Positions 1 through 9,609 of a stretch of 64,000 nucleotides of DNA are shown here, in pieces. Both the position numbers and the translations under genes were made by a program. The DNA comes from an uncultured candidate division Zixibacteria bacterium (GTDB taxonomy: Bacteria > Zixibacteria > MSB-5A5 > GN15 > PGXB01): positions 3,776,001 through 3,840,000 of the forward strand of contig OY969724.1 of NCBI GenBank assembly GCA_963702205.1, in the 5' to 3' direction. Numbering within the stretch: position 1 is the first letter of the stretch; each line of letters begins with the position of its first letter. Below the pieces are notes generated by a model. That model did not search any database. It was not told the DNA's origin and saw nothing but the letters and a program-made list of their open reading frames with translations.

Positions 1-1
1 G

Positions 2-550
2 CTCGAGCAGTACAACCTCCACGAACGCCGCAGCCGGGCCAAAGAAAATGCCGAATACCTGGCCGGTCAGGTCGAAAAGGTCCGGACCGAGCTCGACGCG
101 GCAGAAGACAGCCTCGAAGCATATCAGGAAAACAACAGCGACTGGGCGATGACCTCCGACCCGCAGACTCTCAAAGACCTGGGTCGCCTGAACCGCGCCG
201 TCAGCATAAAATCGCAGACATACTTGTACCTCATACAGGAATATGTATCGGCGAGCCTCGACGCCCAAAAAGAAGTTCCGGTCGTGCGCGTGCTCGACCG
301 TCCCGAGTTGACCACGACTCTTACCGGACCCGGACGCCTGAAAACGACCGCTCTTTTGGGTATGATCGCCTTTTTGATAACGATCCTGCTGATCACTTCG
401 CAAACCGTGCTTAAGCGGGAAATCGAACCCGAATCCATAAACTACCTTCGGCAGGAACTGGCCGACGCTTTTCCGAGAATCAATCGTCTGGCCGGACGCA
501 TAAATATGCGAAACGGACTTAAGGCCGAAGAAATGGAATTGAATAAATAA
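2..550 (+). CDS. Wzz/GumC-like polysaccharide chain-length determinant, C-terminal part (5' truncated by window edge)
   Basis: Frame is open from base 2 (LEQYNLHERRSRAKENAEYLAGQVEKVRTELDAAEDSL...). It shows a coiled coil, a 'VRVLDRP' motif and a TM helix, and lies upstream of wzi, epimerase and GT genes. Confidence 0.7.
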   Translation, partial: LEQYNLHERRSRAKENAEYLAGQVEKVRTELDAAEDSLEAYQENNSDWAMTSDPQTLKDLGRLNRAVSIKSQTYLYLIQEYVSASLDAQKEVPVVRVLDRPELTTTLTGPGRLKTTALLGMIAFLITILLITSQTVLKREIEPESINYLRQELADAFPRINRLAGRINMRNGLKAEEMELNK

Positions 551-585
551 ACGGATATGAACACGTTTCAGGGAAGAAATACCTC

Positions 586-2109
586 ATGTCACCGGGCAAA
601 TTACTACCGGCTATACTTGTACTTATCGGCGCTGCCAACGTAGCCGCCGACGTTACCTATCCGGCCGGACGGATGCCGTTTGCGCTGGATTACAATCGCC
701 ACTATCAGACGGTCGTCCGGGAAGGACTGGTCGACGCCATCCCGGCGGTCGGGCCGTACTATTACGACCAGTTCGGCGACGAAAAGGGGCCGAATCTTTC
801 CCCCGCTTTTTCCCTGTTGAAAGACGTCGACGATACCAAAGTCCGACTTTTTTCCATAACCTCGGAAAGACTCGTTACGAGAAAAGACGCCCGTCGACAG
901 GACCTGTTTCTGTTTTCGGGCGGGCTGCGCTATCAGCCGTCGCGATATTTCGGCGCGGCGGTGCTGTTCAATCTCGACCGCGCCAAAGCCATTGACCCCG
1001 GCTACACCGGAAAAGTCTGGCGGGGTCTGGCCGGCGACGTGGAAACCGCCGGGCTGTTTTTCAAAAAGGGTGGCCTCTCAATCACGTTGGGTCGGCAGCG
1101 CGTCTTCTGGGGACCGCAGCCGGTGAACCTGTCAATTTCCGAAACCGCCGAACCGCTCGATCTTCTTTCGGCCGGATATAAAAAAGGCCGCCTGCGGTTC
1201 AGCTTTCTATTTGCGCGGCTCGATGAAAGCCGCCCCGATTCGACCGATATACTCAGACTGGCCGATGAAACAACCTTCAACGAGAACCGCTATCTGGTCG
1301 GGCACCGGCTCGATATTCTGTTCCATAAACATTTCCGCCTGGGGCTGTTCGAGACCATCGTTTACGGCGGCGAGGGACGCCCCCCGGAGCTGTATTATCT
1401 AAATCCACTGCAATTTTTCCACACCGCCCAGCTTAACGAAGACGAAGACGATAACACCATGCTGGGACTGGACTTCTCATATATTCCGGTCAACGAATTA
1501 CTGCTTTACGGCCAGTTGCTGGTTGATGACTTTCAGATCGACAATCGCAGCCAGGGCGATCAGGAGCCGAATGAAATCGGCTATATGGCCGGGCTGTTTA
1601 AATCCGGCCGAACCGCTTCGTTTTCGCCGGATATCAAACTCGAATACGTGCGCATAACCAACCGCACCTACCACCAAAAGCTGCCGCGCAACCGCTATCT
1701 TAACCGCAATCTTCTGATCGGGCACCCGCTGGGACCCGATGCCGATTCGCTTTCGCTCGTGGCACGCTTCTGGCCGACGCCCCTTCAATCGGCCGAACTT
1801 GAACTAGCCTGGTGCCGTCATGGGGAGGGTTCTATCTACGCCCCGTGGGATGACCCGTGGGAGCAGGCCGACGGCAACTACAGCGAACCATTCCCGACCG
1901 GGACGGTCGAGCGGAGCCTTTATACGGCCGTGCGTTTCAACGGTTATTTGCCAATTTCCGATTATTTCCGAAACCACTTGTTTTTGTCAGTCAATGCCGG
2001 GTACGGATGGATTCACAATAAAAAGAACCTTCAAAACAACAACACCGGGACGGCCTGGGTCAGCTTCATGGTTAGCTGGCTGGGATCGTTCGAATTCGAC
2101 ACGGAATAA
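586..2109 (+). CDS. wzi: Capsule assembly Wzi-family outer-membrane protein
   Basis: Signal peptide; motifs 'LGRQRVFWGP', 'RYLVGHRLD', 'GLFETIVYGG', 'YLNPL', 'LYGQLLVDD', 'IGHPLGPDAD'; polysaccharide-cluster context. Confidence 0.75.
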   Translation: MSPGKLLPAILVLIGAANVAADVTYPAGRMPFALDYNRHYQTVVREGLVDAIPAVGPYYYDQFGDEKGPNLSPAFSLLKDVDDTKVRLFSITSERLVTRKDARRQDLFLFSGGLRYQPSRYFGAAVLFNLDRAKAIDPGYTGKVWRGLAGDVETAGLFFKKGGLSITLGRQRVFWGPQPVNLSISETAEPLDLLSAGYKKGRLRFSFLFARLDESRPDSTDILRLADETTFNENRYLVGHRLDILFHKHFRLGLFETIVYGGEGRPPELYYLNPLQFFHTAQLNEDEDDNTMLGLDFSYIPVNELLLYGQLLVDDFQIDNRSQGDQEPNEIGYMAGLFKSGRTASFSPDIKLEYVRITNRTYHQKLPRNRYLNRNLLIGHPLGPDADSLSLVARFWPTPLQSAELELAWCRHGEGSIYAPWDDPWEQADGNYSEPFPTGTVERSLYTAVRFNGYLPISDYFRNHLFLSVNAGYGWIHNKKNLQNNNTGTAWVSFMVSWLGSFEFDTE

Positions 2110-2251
2110 TGAAATACGATATGCTGCCGATAGGATTAAATAAGCAAAGTTTCAGAGAATTTATCTGCCTTAGGGGGGCGATTCTCAGAATAACAACTTC
2201 GGTTGAATCCGTTTATTCATCAGCCGAAATTCGCATCTTCAGGGGTTTATT

Positions 2252-3361
2252 ATGAGCAGTTGTGTTATCTTTGGCGGGGCCGGCTTTGTCGGCACTCATT
2301 TGGCCGAACATTTTCTTAAGACGGGGCGCTTCGATAAAATCCACCTCGCCGATATCCGGCCCAGTCTGCTGGTCGGACAACCGGGCGTAACTTTCTCCAA
2401 TACCGACGTCCGTCAGCCAATCCCGACCGATTTGTGCAAATTCAAGCCGGACTGGATCTTCAACCTCGCCGCCGTCCACCGCGAACCGGGGCATATCAGA
2501 GAAGAATATTTCGAAACGAACCTGGCCGGAGCGAGAAATGTCTGCACCTACGCTGATGCAGTCGGGTGTGATAATTTATATTTCACCAGCAGCATATCTG
2601 TTTACGGCCCCACGACCGGACCGACCGACGAAAATTTCGCGATTCAGCCCTCAACCCCCTACGGCGGTTCCAAGTACCCCGCCGAACTTATTCACGAAAT
2701 GTGGCAAAAGGTTAAACCCCGACGCCGTCTGCTGATCTCCCGACCGGGGGTTTTGTATGGTCCCGGAGATCCGGGCAATATCATGCGGATGATTCAAGCC
2801 ATTTCCAAAGGATATTTCGCTTTTCCGGGGTCACCGGGGATATATAAATCGTACGGTTATATTTACGGTTTTATCGACAGCGTTGAATTTGCTATGGATG
2901 GCAATAAAGATTTCTTCGTTTACAATTACGTCGAGACGCCGACCGAACCGCTAAAAGAGTTGGTGAAAATTATCAAGCGCTTTATCGGCGCCAAGGCGGT
3001 GGTTCTTCCAATTCCGCTCTGGATTTTAAAACCGATCTCTCAACTTGTACAGGCGCTGGTTGGGTTCAGAAATCCGATTCACCCGGTGCGCGTCATGAAG
3101 GCCGCGACACCGACCCACATCATCCCCAAAGCTCTGAAAGACGCCGGGTTCGAGTTCAAATATGACTTCGAAAGTTCGCTTCGCCACTGGCTGGACGTGG
3201 CAGCCCACGATTTCGATATGATAACACGCAACGAAAAAATACCGCAATCAGTCAGAATCGTCCTTAAAAAACCGGGCGAGAATATTACTACGAAACCGCG
3301 CACCGAGGCTCCGATAAAAACCCGCCGAGCGGTTGTCGAACTCGAAGAGGAAATCGCCTGA
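2252..3361 (+). CDS. NAD-dependent epimerase/dehydratase (extended SDR)
   Basis: GGAGFVG Rossmann motif, 'TSSISVYG', and YxxxK (YGGSK). Confidence 0.9.
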   Translation: MSSCVIFGGAGFVGTHLAEHFLKTGRFDKIHLADIRPSLLVGQPGVTFSNTDVRQPIPTDLCKFKPDWIFNLAAVHREPGHIREEYFETNLAGARNVCTYADAVGCDNLYFTSSISVYGPTTGPTDENFAIQPSTPYGGSKYPAELIHEMWQKVKPRRRLLISRPGVLYGPGDPGNIMRMIQAISKGYFAFPGSPGIYKSYGYIYGFIDSVEFAMDGNKDFFVYNYVETPTEPLKELVKIIKRFIGAKAVVLPIPLWILKPISQLVQALVGFRNPIHPVRVMKAATPTHIIPKALKDAGFEFKYDFESSLRHWLDVAAHDFDMITRNEKIPQSVRIVLKKPGENITTKPRTEAPIKTRRAVVELEEEIA

Positions 3362-4599
3362 TGCACGATTCTGATAATAAAGTCGATTTTTCGCAGCTAA
3401 GAGTCGCCGTCGTGCACGAATGGTTTGTCGATTATTCCGGATCGGAACGGGTCGTGGAACAGATGCTGGAACTGTTTCCGCAGGCTGACCTCTACGCTCT
3501 CGTCGATTTTCTTCCCGACGACCTGCGCTGGTTTATAAAAAATAAACCGGTGACGACTTCGTTTATCCAGAAACTCCCGGGTGCCAAAACAAAATACCGT
3601 AGCTATCTCCCTCTCATGCCGCTGGCGGTCGAGCAGTTCGACCTCTCCGATTATGATCTTGTACTGACAAGCAACCACGCCGTATCCAAAGGCGTCATAA
3701 CCAGCGCCAATCAATTGCATATATCGTACTGCCACTCGCCGATTCGCTACGCCTGGGATTTAACTCATCAATATCTGCGCGAATCCGGCCTAACCAAAGG
3801 CCCAAAAAGTTGGCTGGCCCGCTATTTTCTGCACCGCCTGCGGGTCTGGGACAATCGTACCTCTAACGGAGTGGATCATTTTATCGCCAATTCCAACTTC
3901 ATCGCGAGACGGATAAAAAAAGTCTACGGCCGCGAATCCGACGTCATCTATCCGCCGGTCGAAATAGACAAGTTCGCCTTAAGAAAAGATAAAGAAGATT
4001 TTTATTTCACGGTATCGAGAATGGTACCATACAAAAAGGTCGATCTGATCGTCCGGGCATTTTCAGAAATGCCGGATAAAAAACTGATCGTGGCCGGTGA
4101 TGGTCCGGATTTAAAAAAAATCGCACCTCTGGGCGGACCGAATGTCGAATTTATCGGTTTTCAACCGACCGAGGTAATTATTGACTTTATGCAGCGGGCG
4201 AAAGCCCTTGTCTTCGCCGCCGAAGAGGATTTCGGCATTGTCCCGGTGGAAGCCCAGGCATGCGGAACACCGGTAATTGCTTTCGGCCGAGGCGGGGTGC
4301 TCGAGACGGTTATTTCGGGTATATCCGGCCTGTTCTTCGACAAACAAACTCCTGAAAGCCTGATAGACGTTGTCCGGCGATTCGAAAAGCATCTTGAAAG
4401 TTTTGATCCGTCGATGATCCGCGCCAACGCTCTGCAGTTTTCCGTGGAAAAATTCCGCGAAAATTTTGGATCATTCGTGGAAGCCAAACTGGAAGAGTTC
4501 GACAAATTATGCCGTCAGCCCGTCCACGGCACTATCGGTCACTCGCACAAGACCGTTCATAATCCGGAGAAAAATAATTCAATTCCTTTGGAGACGTGA
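3361..4599 (+). CDS. GT4-family glycosyltransferase
   Basis: 'VHEWFVDYSGSERV', 'HSPIRYAWD', 'EEDFGIVPVEAQACGTPVIAFGRGG'. Confidence 0.9.
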   Translation: MHDSDNKVDFSQLRVAVVHEWFVDYSGSERVVEQMLELFPQADLYALVDFLPDDLRWFIKNKPVTTSFIQKLPGAKTKYRSYLPLMPLAVEQFDLSDYDLVLTSNHAVSKGVITSANQLHISYCHSPIRYAWDLTHQYLRESGLTKGPKSWLARYFLHRLRVWDNRTSNGVDHFIANSNFIARRIKKVYGRESDVIYPPVEIDKFALRKDKEDFYFTVSRMVPYKKVDLIVRAFSEMPDKKLIVAGDGPDLKKIAPLGGPNVEFIGFQPTEVIIDFMQRAKALVFAAEEDFGIVPVEAQACGTPVIAFGRGGVLETVISGISGLFFDKQTPESLIDVVRRFEKHLESFDPSMIRANALQFSVEKFRENFGSFVEAKLEEFDKLCRQPVHGTIGHSHKTVHNPEKNNSIPLET

Positions 4600-4634
4600 G
4601 TCATTCTGCCCTTACGGGCAACCTTCTCTGAAAC

Positions 4635-4667
4635 AAAAGACCGGAAGCTGCCGCTTCCGGTCTTTTT
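4635..4667. terminator. Bidirectional intrinsic terminator
   Basis: AAAAGACCGGAAGC-tgcc-GCTTCCGGTCTTTT between convergent genes. Confidence 0.8.
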
Positions 4668-4699
4668 ACACAAGAGGTATGCCTCGATTCTCGAGACAT

Positions 4700-5761
4700 T
4701 TAGTCCAGCCCGTCGTATTCTCTGGCCGATGTAATCGAAGCGCAATATTGTCTCCACCGCCCCATGAAGACCCCATATCCCGTATTTTTGACCTGCCGGT
4801 AGCGTCCGCCCAAAACGCCCAGCACGTTGCCATCGGCATCATAGTAATATCCGAGGAAAAAGCCGACCCGGCCGACAATATCAAAGGAATTGCTCATCAA
4901 AATCGGGCCGTATATGCCCTTAATCAATCCCTCGAATTGACCGGTGGCATCGATATATTTTCCATAAAACACATTTTGTTTGACGCCGTCGACTTCCACG
5001 CCCCAGGTGCCCTTCAAATGGCCCTTGAGGGAGCCGTCGGCCGAAATCCAGCGCCCCATGAAAATGCGGTTGCCTTCATCGTCACGTCCCCAGACACCGC
5101 CCAAAAATCCGCGCGGGCAGGCACCGGGTGTAAGCCTGTGCGACTGAATCGAAACGGCGTTGCCGTCGTCAAGCTCGATGACCGTATCCATCTTAATCAG
5201 GTCATTGACATTGAACGTCACGCTGTACGGAGCGGTTTCGAATGTAATCGTCTTTATATCGTCCGTTACCGACGGTGGTTGATAGACGTTGACATGCAAG
5301 CCGTCATTATGGACGGTCGTCTTTGATACGAATTCAACTACCTTTCGGTCGGTGCGCGGAATAATCCAGTCCGTGGCCGGTTCGAAACGAATGGTCCGGC
5401 GCACGACTATCGCCCCCCAGGATACCGAAAGCGATCCGTTCCAGTCGGTCACGGCTGTAACCGTGGAATCATATTCCATGCGACCCCAGACTATCCTGAC
5501 GGCATAAGCGGCGGCGGCGCTGTTTATATCGTCGTCCACAACCGGATCGGTCAGCATCGGATCATCATATTCTACGTCCGCCTGCATATCGGCCGCGAGA
5601 GCGGTCTCGCCGAACGCGGGTTGTTCATCGGTGGGCGTATAACCGCCGAACTGGTCGGCGATGCTATCCTGATTATCAGGCTGTGTTCCATTGTCGCTGC
5701 AGCCGATCACAAGTCCCAGCATGCCCAGCACCATCAGCGTTGCAAAAAGCGTCCTTTTCAT
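4700..5761 (-). CDS. Hypothetical lipoprotein
   Basis: Signal peptide with lipobox VIG-C; beta-rich C-terminus with repeated GxFxGxW-like motifs. Confidence 0.75.
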   Translation of the reverse strand: MKRTLFATLMVLGMLGLVIGCSDNGTQPDNQDSIADQFGGYTPTDEQPAFGETALAADMQADVEYDDPMLTDPVVDDDINSAAAAYAVRIVWGRMEYDSTVTAVTDWNGSLSVSWGAIVVRRTIRFEPATDWIIPRTDRKVVEFVSKTTVHNDGLHVNVYQPPSVTDDIKTITFETAPYSVTFNVNDLIKMDTVIELDDGNAVSIQSHRLTPGACPRGFLGGVWGRDDEGNRIFMGRWISADGSLKGHLKGTWGVEVDGVKQNVFYGKYIDATGQFEGLIKGIYGPILMSNSFDIVGRVGFFLGYYYDADGNVLGVLGGRYRQVKNTGYGVFMGRWRQYCASITSAREYDGLD

Positions 5762-6015
5762 TACATGGCTCCTATCAACTAAATTAAGCTTATGGATTCA
5801 ATGTCATTTTATTAAGTCAAACGGCGTGCCGGAAAAAATCGTGATTGTAAGTCGTTGAATATCAACGGGGCCGGGACTTGATGCGGATGATTATTGAATG
5901 GTGGGTCGTACCTCAAGGTACAAAATCATATCAATTGCCCCGTCAGGGACAGATAATGCTGAATTTTAATGGCTGGTTCATTATTTCCGGCGGTTTTGGG
6001 GCTGTTGCCGGCCTG

Positions 6016-6261
6016 TTACATATGAGCCCAAGCCGTCTGCTCCAGAGCATTACGGATTATTTCATAAGAAATCTGCGAGGTAACATGATTGTCCTCGCCG
6101 ATTAGATTAAATCCGTCAACAACCACTTCGGGATATGAGCGCCCTGTGTTGCGCTCGACTATAATTGCGGAAATTCCCAGGTTCCGCACCGCCTGCCGAA
6201 CATAATCAGCGGTTCTGAGATGATCGGCATTATCCTTGGATAGCAGGATATTAATTTCCAT
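6016..6261 (-). CDS. Small hypothetical protein, possibly thioredoxin-like fold without Cys
   Basis: ATG preceded by a GAGGGG SD; 'YPEVVVDG' resembles the cis-Pro strand of small thioredoxin-like proteins. Confidence 0.55.
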   Translation of the reverse strand: MEINILLSKDNADHLRTADYVRQAVRNLGISAIIVERNTGRSYPEVVVDGFNLIGEDNHVTSQISYEIIRNALEQTAWAHM

Positions 6262-6431
6262 CTCACCCCTCCGTCACCTCAATAATTGAAAATTTTTGTT
6301 GGGTGTCAACAAAAACACGGCTGCTCGAAGTCCGTAAATTTGGGCGGGCTAACGGCCATTTCTGGCACCCATTTATTAAATTAAACAAACGATTTCGCTC
6401 GACAGTTCAATAAAAACAAATTTGTCTGAAA

Positions 6432-7484
6432 TTATCCGACAATTATCAAAAATTCATCGCGCGCCGCGACGACGCCGATGTTAAGAACGGCAAGATTGAC
6501 CGATTTAGCGGCTGCCATAAAACCTTCCGCGTCGTCCGGGGCAAAAGCCATCAATAAACCGCCGGACGTTTGAGCGTCGTATAAAACGTCTATCTGAGCT
6601 TTGCTTAAGCTCGCATTTAATTTTACCCGGCTTTCAAGATAATCCTGATTGGCCGAGGCTCCGCCGGTCAGGCAGCCCTGTTCGGCATAAGATATCACGT
6701 TCTTTATCAAAGGAAGTCGATCGAAATACAGCTTTAAAGTTACATTGGAACCATCGGCCATTTCACTCCCATGCCCCAAAATCCCGAAGCCGGTAACGTC
6801 GGTGGCGGCATGCGCTCCGTGCCTGACCATAAGTTCCGCCGGGATTTTATTCAGCGTCGCCATCTGAGTCACTACGGCTTCGGCGTCTTCATCGGAGGCT
6901 TTGCCCTGCTTGATAGCTGTCGCAATGATCCCGGTCCCGAGCGGCTTGGTCAGCAGTATATGATCGCCAACCTGAGCTTTGTCATTTGATATAATTTTAG
7001 TCGGATCGATCAAACCGGTGCACGCCAGACCGTATTTGAGCTCTTTATCCTTAATCGAATGACCGCCGACAATAGCCGCCCCGGCTTCGCTGACTTTATC
7101 GGCTCCCCCCTGGAGAATCCGGGCCAGTATATCCGTCGGCATATTGGCCGGAAAGCCGACAATGTTGAGCGCCGTCAGAGGACGGCCGCCCATAGCATAA
7201 ATATCCGACAGGGCATTGGCGGCGGCGATCTGACCGAAAGCGTAGGGATCGTCCACGATCGGCGGGAAAAAGTCCACCGTCTGCACCAGTGCCATCGTTT
7301 CGCTTATCTTATAAACTCCGGCGTCATCGGCCTTGTTGAAGCCGACCAGTAAATTCGGGTCATTGCTGAAGTTTAAACGCTTCAGCACCGCGTCCAAAAC
7401 CTTTGGACCGAGTTTGGAAGCTCAACCGGCACACGATACTTCGGCCGTCAGCCTTATCTTTATTTCATCTTTATCGTGACTCAT
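6432..7484 (-). CDS. selD: Selenide, water dikinase (selenophosphate synthetase), selenocysteine-containing, 350 aa
   Basis: Motifs 'DDAGVY', 'QTVDFFPPIVDDP', 'GGHSI', 'DAQTSGGLL'. The ORF extends through an in-frame TGA (7424-7422) to an ATG at 7484, giving MSHDKDEIKIRLTAEVSCAG-U-ASKLGP. Confidence 0.95.
7392..7408 (-). promoter_or_regulatory. Putative bacterial SECIS hairpin
   Basis: GUCCAAA-GGU-UUUGGAC stem-loop starting 14 nt after the selD UGA, with G in the apical loop. Confidence 0.75.
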
Positions 7485-7531
7485 ACACTTCATTATATCA
7501 TGATTGATCCGCCGGCGCAAGCCTCTTGACG

Positions 7532-8536
7532 TTACCAGCGATGGTGTTTCATATCATATAATTTTTTACGCTGTCGCCGAACGGTTTTATCGGGGAATTC
7601 GGAATAAACCGAATCGACATAACGCCGGACCCGATAGGCTTTGCCGTTTTCATTCATTTTCACATATGAATTGAAAAGCCACCACGCCGACTCGATCAGA
7701 TTGTAATAATTCCCCGGCGCCTTCTTCTGGCTTTCGAAAATTTCATTGTAATACATCGCGGCCTTGACAAACTGCTCGCTTTCATAGTACGCCTGGGCCA
7801 TCGGCCAGACAAAAGTATTGGAATGGGGATAACGGTCGTGCATTTCCGTCGCCAGCACCAGCGCTGAATCGTACTCTTTTTCATTGAGCAAAATCCAGAT
7901 CAAAGCCGATTTGGCCGGTTTTTTTGAAAAAAGTGATGAATCGGCCGCCAGGTTGATTTCTTCGATACCCTGCTCTTGCTCATTAGAGAAAATCCCTACC
8001 GTTTTAAGCAAACCGGCCTTGACCGATTTCCAGTAATGATATGATCCCAATCCGAGGTACAGATCATAAAAGGTCGAATCGAGCTCCAGGCCTTTGGTAT
8101 ATTCACCGCGCGCCCTCAATCCATCATCCAGCGCGGCCATGGATGACCCGAATCTGGCCTGGTACAACGACCGGTAGGCCCGAATATGCCCGAGGTACAA
8201 ATACACGACGGCCGAGTCGCTTCGATCACAATTCAACAGGCGGCTTTCACAATAGGCCTCGGCAGAATCGAGATATTTATTGAAGTTCTTGCCGTACGTA
8301 TTAGTCTCCCGGTCGGTCATCGCCGACAAGAGCGTCAGGGCATGAAACAAAAAAAGGCCGGGGTCGGTAGTATCGATTTTTTTATACTTGTCGAACGCAG
8401 TCATAGCCTCGTTCCACTGACCGTCCATGAGGAATTCCATTCCCGAATTTATTATTTCCAATTTTGGAGGAGTTAACAGATCACCGGCATTTGCCAGCGG
8501 AGCGGCGACCAGCAGTAAAAGACAAACTAATCTCAT
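7532..8536 (-). CDS. Secreted TPR-like helical protein
   Basis: Signal peptide; 'GLELDSTFYDLYLGLGSYHYWK'; paralogous to the adjacent gene. Confidence 0.7.
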   Translation of the reverse strand: MRLVCLLLLVAAPLANAGDLLTPPKLEIINSGMEFLMDGQWNEAMTAFDKYKKIDTTDPGLFLFHALTLLSAMTDRETNTYGKNFNKYLDSAEAYCESRLLNCDRSDSAVVYLYLGHIRAYRSLYQARFGSSMAALDDGLRARGEYTKGLELDSTFYDLYLGLGSYHYWKSVKAGLLKTVGIFSNEQEQGIEEINLAADSSLFSKKPAKSALIWILLNEKEYDSALVLATEMHDRYPHSNTFVWPMAQAYYESEQFVKAAMYYNEIFESQKKAPGNYYNLIESAWWLFNSYVKMNENGKAYRVRRYVDSVYSEFPDKTVRRQRKKLYDMKHHRW

Positions 8537-9567
8537 TTCATTTCGTCTCGCAACTCCCGCGCGCGTTTGTACGTTTCCTCGAAATACGGGTTGGCCTTGC
8601 CGTAATCTTTATGAGACAGTATTTGATCGAGAATGATATTCGCCGATTCAAAGTCCTTTTCACCCACGAATATGGTGGCTTCGGCCAGTTCCGCTTCGTA
8701 AAAGCCGTATTCATTGTACCACGGAGAATCCTTTATTTTGGCTTTTAAAATAGCCAGTCGTTGGCGAGCCCGGTCGGTCTGTCCCACGTGCGCAAGTCCG
8801 TACACCTGGTACAACAGGCAATAGGGATCATCCGGAACAATGGAGTTCAGCGTATCGGCCAATAAGACCAGGTCATTGTAACGCTTTTCGAGCAGATAAA
8901 TCCTTAAGAAAGACTCACGGCCGTTAAAAGTCGCCAGATAACCGCTGTCGGCAGCCAGTCGGATTTCAGCCATGCCTATTTCGCGGCGGTCGGAGACGAA
9001 CGGCAGCCACAGGAAATCATTGGCCATGACGGTTTTATAATAATCGTACGCACCGAGTCCCAGATAGGCATCGTAATATGTACTATCCAGCTCCAGGGCG
9101 TGTTTGAGCCGGGAGCTGCATTTAAGTCCGTCCCGAAAAGCCTTAAACCAATGTCCGTTGAATGACCGCAGCAGCGCCCGGTAACCGTAGGACGCCCCTG
9201 AAATAAACGACCAGTCGGGATTGGTTTTGCCCTTGTCGTGAAGGTCATCGGCCATATCTATCGCCAGACTCAACAGGCTGTCGATATCTTTACTGTACAT
9301 ATTATTACGAAATTCCTCGCCGATGGTCTGCAGGACGGTGCCCTTAAGAAAATAACCCAGCGGGTTGCCCGGCTCACGAGCGATAAGGCTGTCGGACGCG
9401 GCGAGGGCTTGATCGAACCTGTCGAACCAGACGTCCTGGGATATCGCAAGGACGGAGGAATCGCGCACCGGTGTGTACTGCTGACCGATGGCCGGAGACA
9501 CACTCAGTGTCAAAAAAGCCGATATAAAAAGCAGGGTTACTTTCGACATCTTCAGATGTTTATACAT
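8533..9567 (-). CDS. Secreted TPR-like helical protein
   Basis: Signal peptide; 'ALELDSTYYDAYLGLGAYDYYK'; 4-nt overlap with the downstream paralog. Confidence 0.7.
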   Translation of the reverse strand: MYKHLKMSKVTLLFISAFLTLSVSPAIGQQYTPVRDSSVLAISQDVWFDRFDQALAASDSLIAREPGNPLGYFLKGTVLQTIGEEFRNNMYSKDIDSLLSLAIDMADDLHDKGKTNPDWSFISGASYGYRALLRSFNGHWFKAFRDGLKCSSRLKHALELDSTYYDAYLGLGAYDYYKTVMANDFLWLPFVSDRREIGMAEIRLAADSGYLATFNGRESFLRIYLLEKRYNDLVLLADTLNSIVPDDPYCLLYQVYGLAHVGQTDRARQRLAILKAKIKDSPWYNEYGFYEAELAEATIFVGEKDFESANIILDQILSHKDYGKANPYFEETYKRARELRDEMK

Positions 9568-9609
9568 AACCCAAAAATTCTGGTTTCAGGTGAATTTGGC
9601 AACAAGAAA

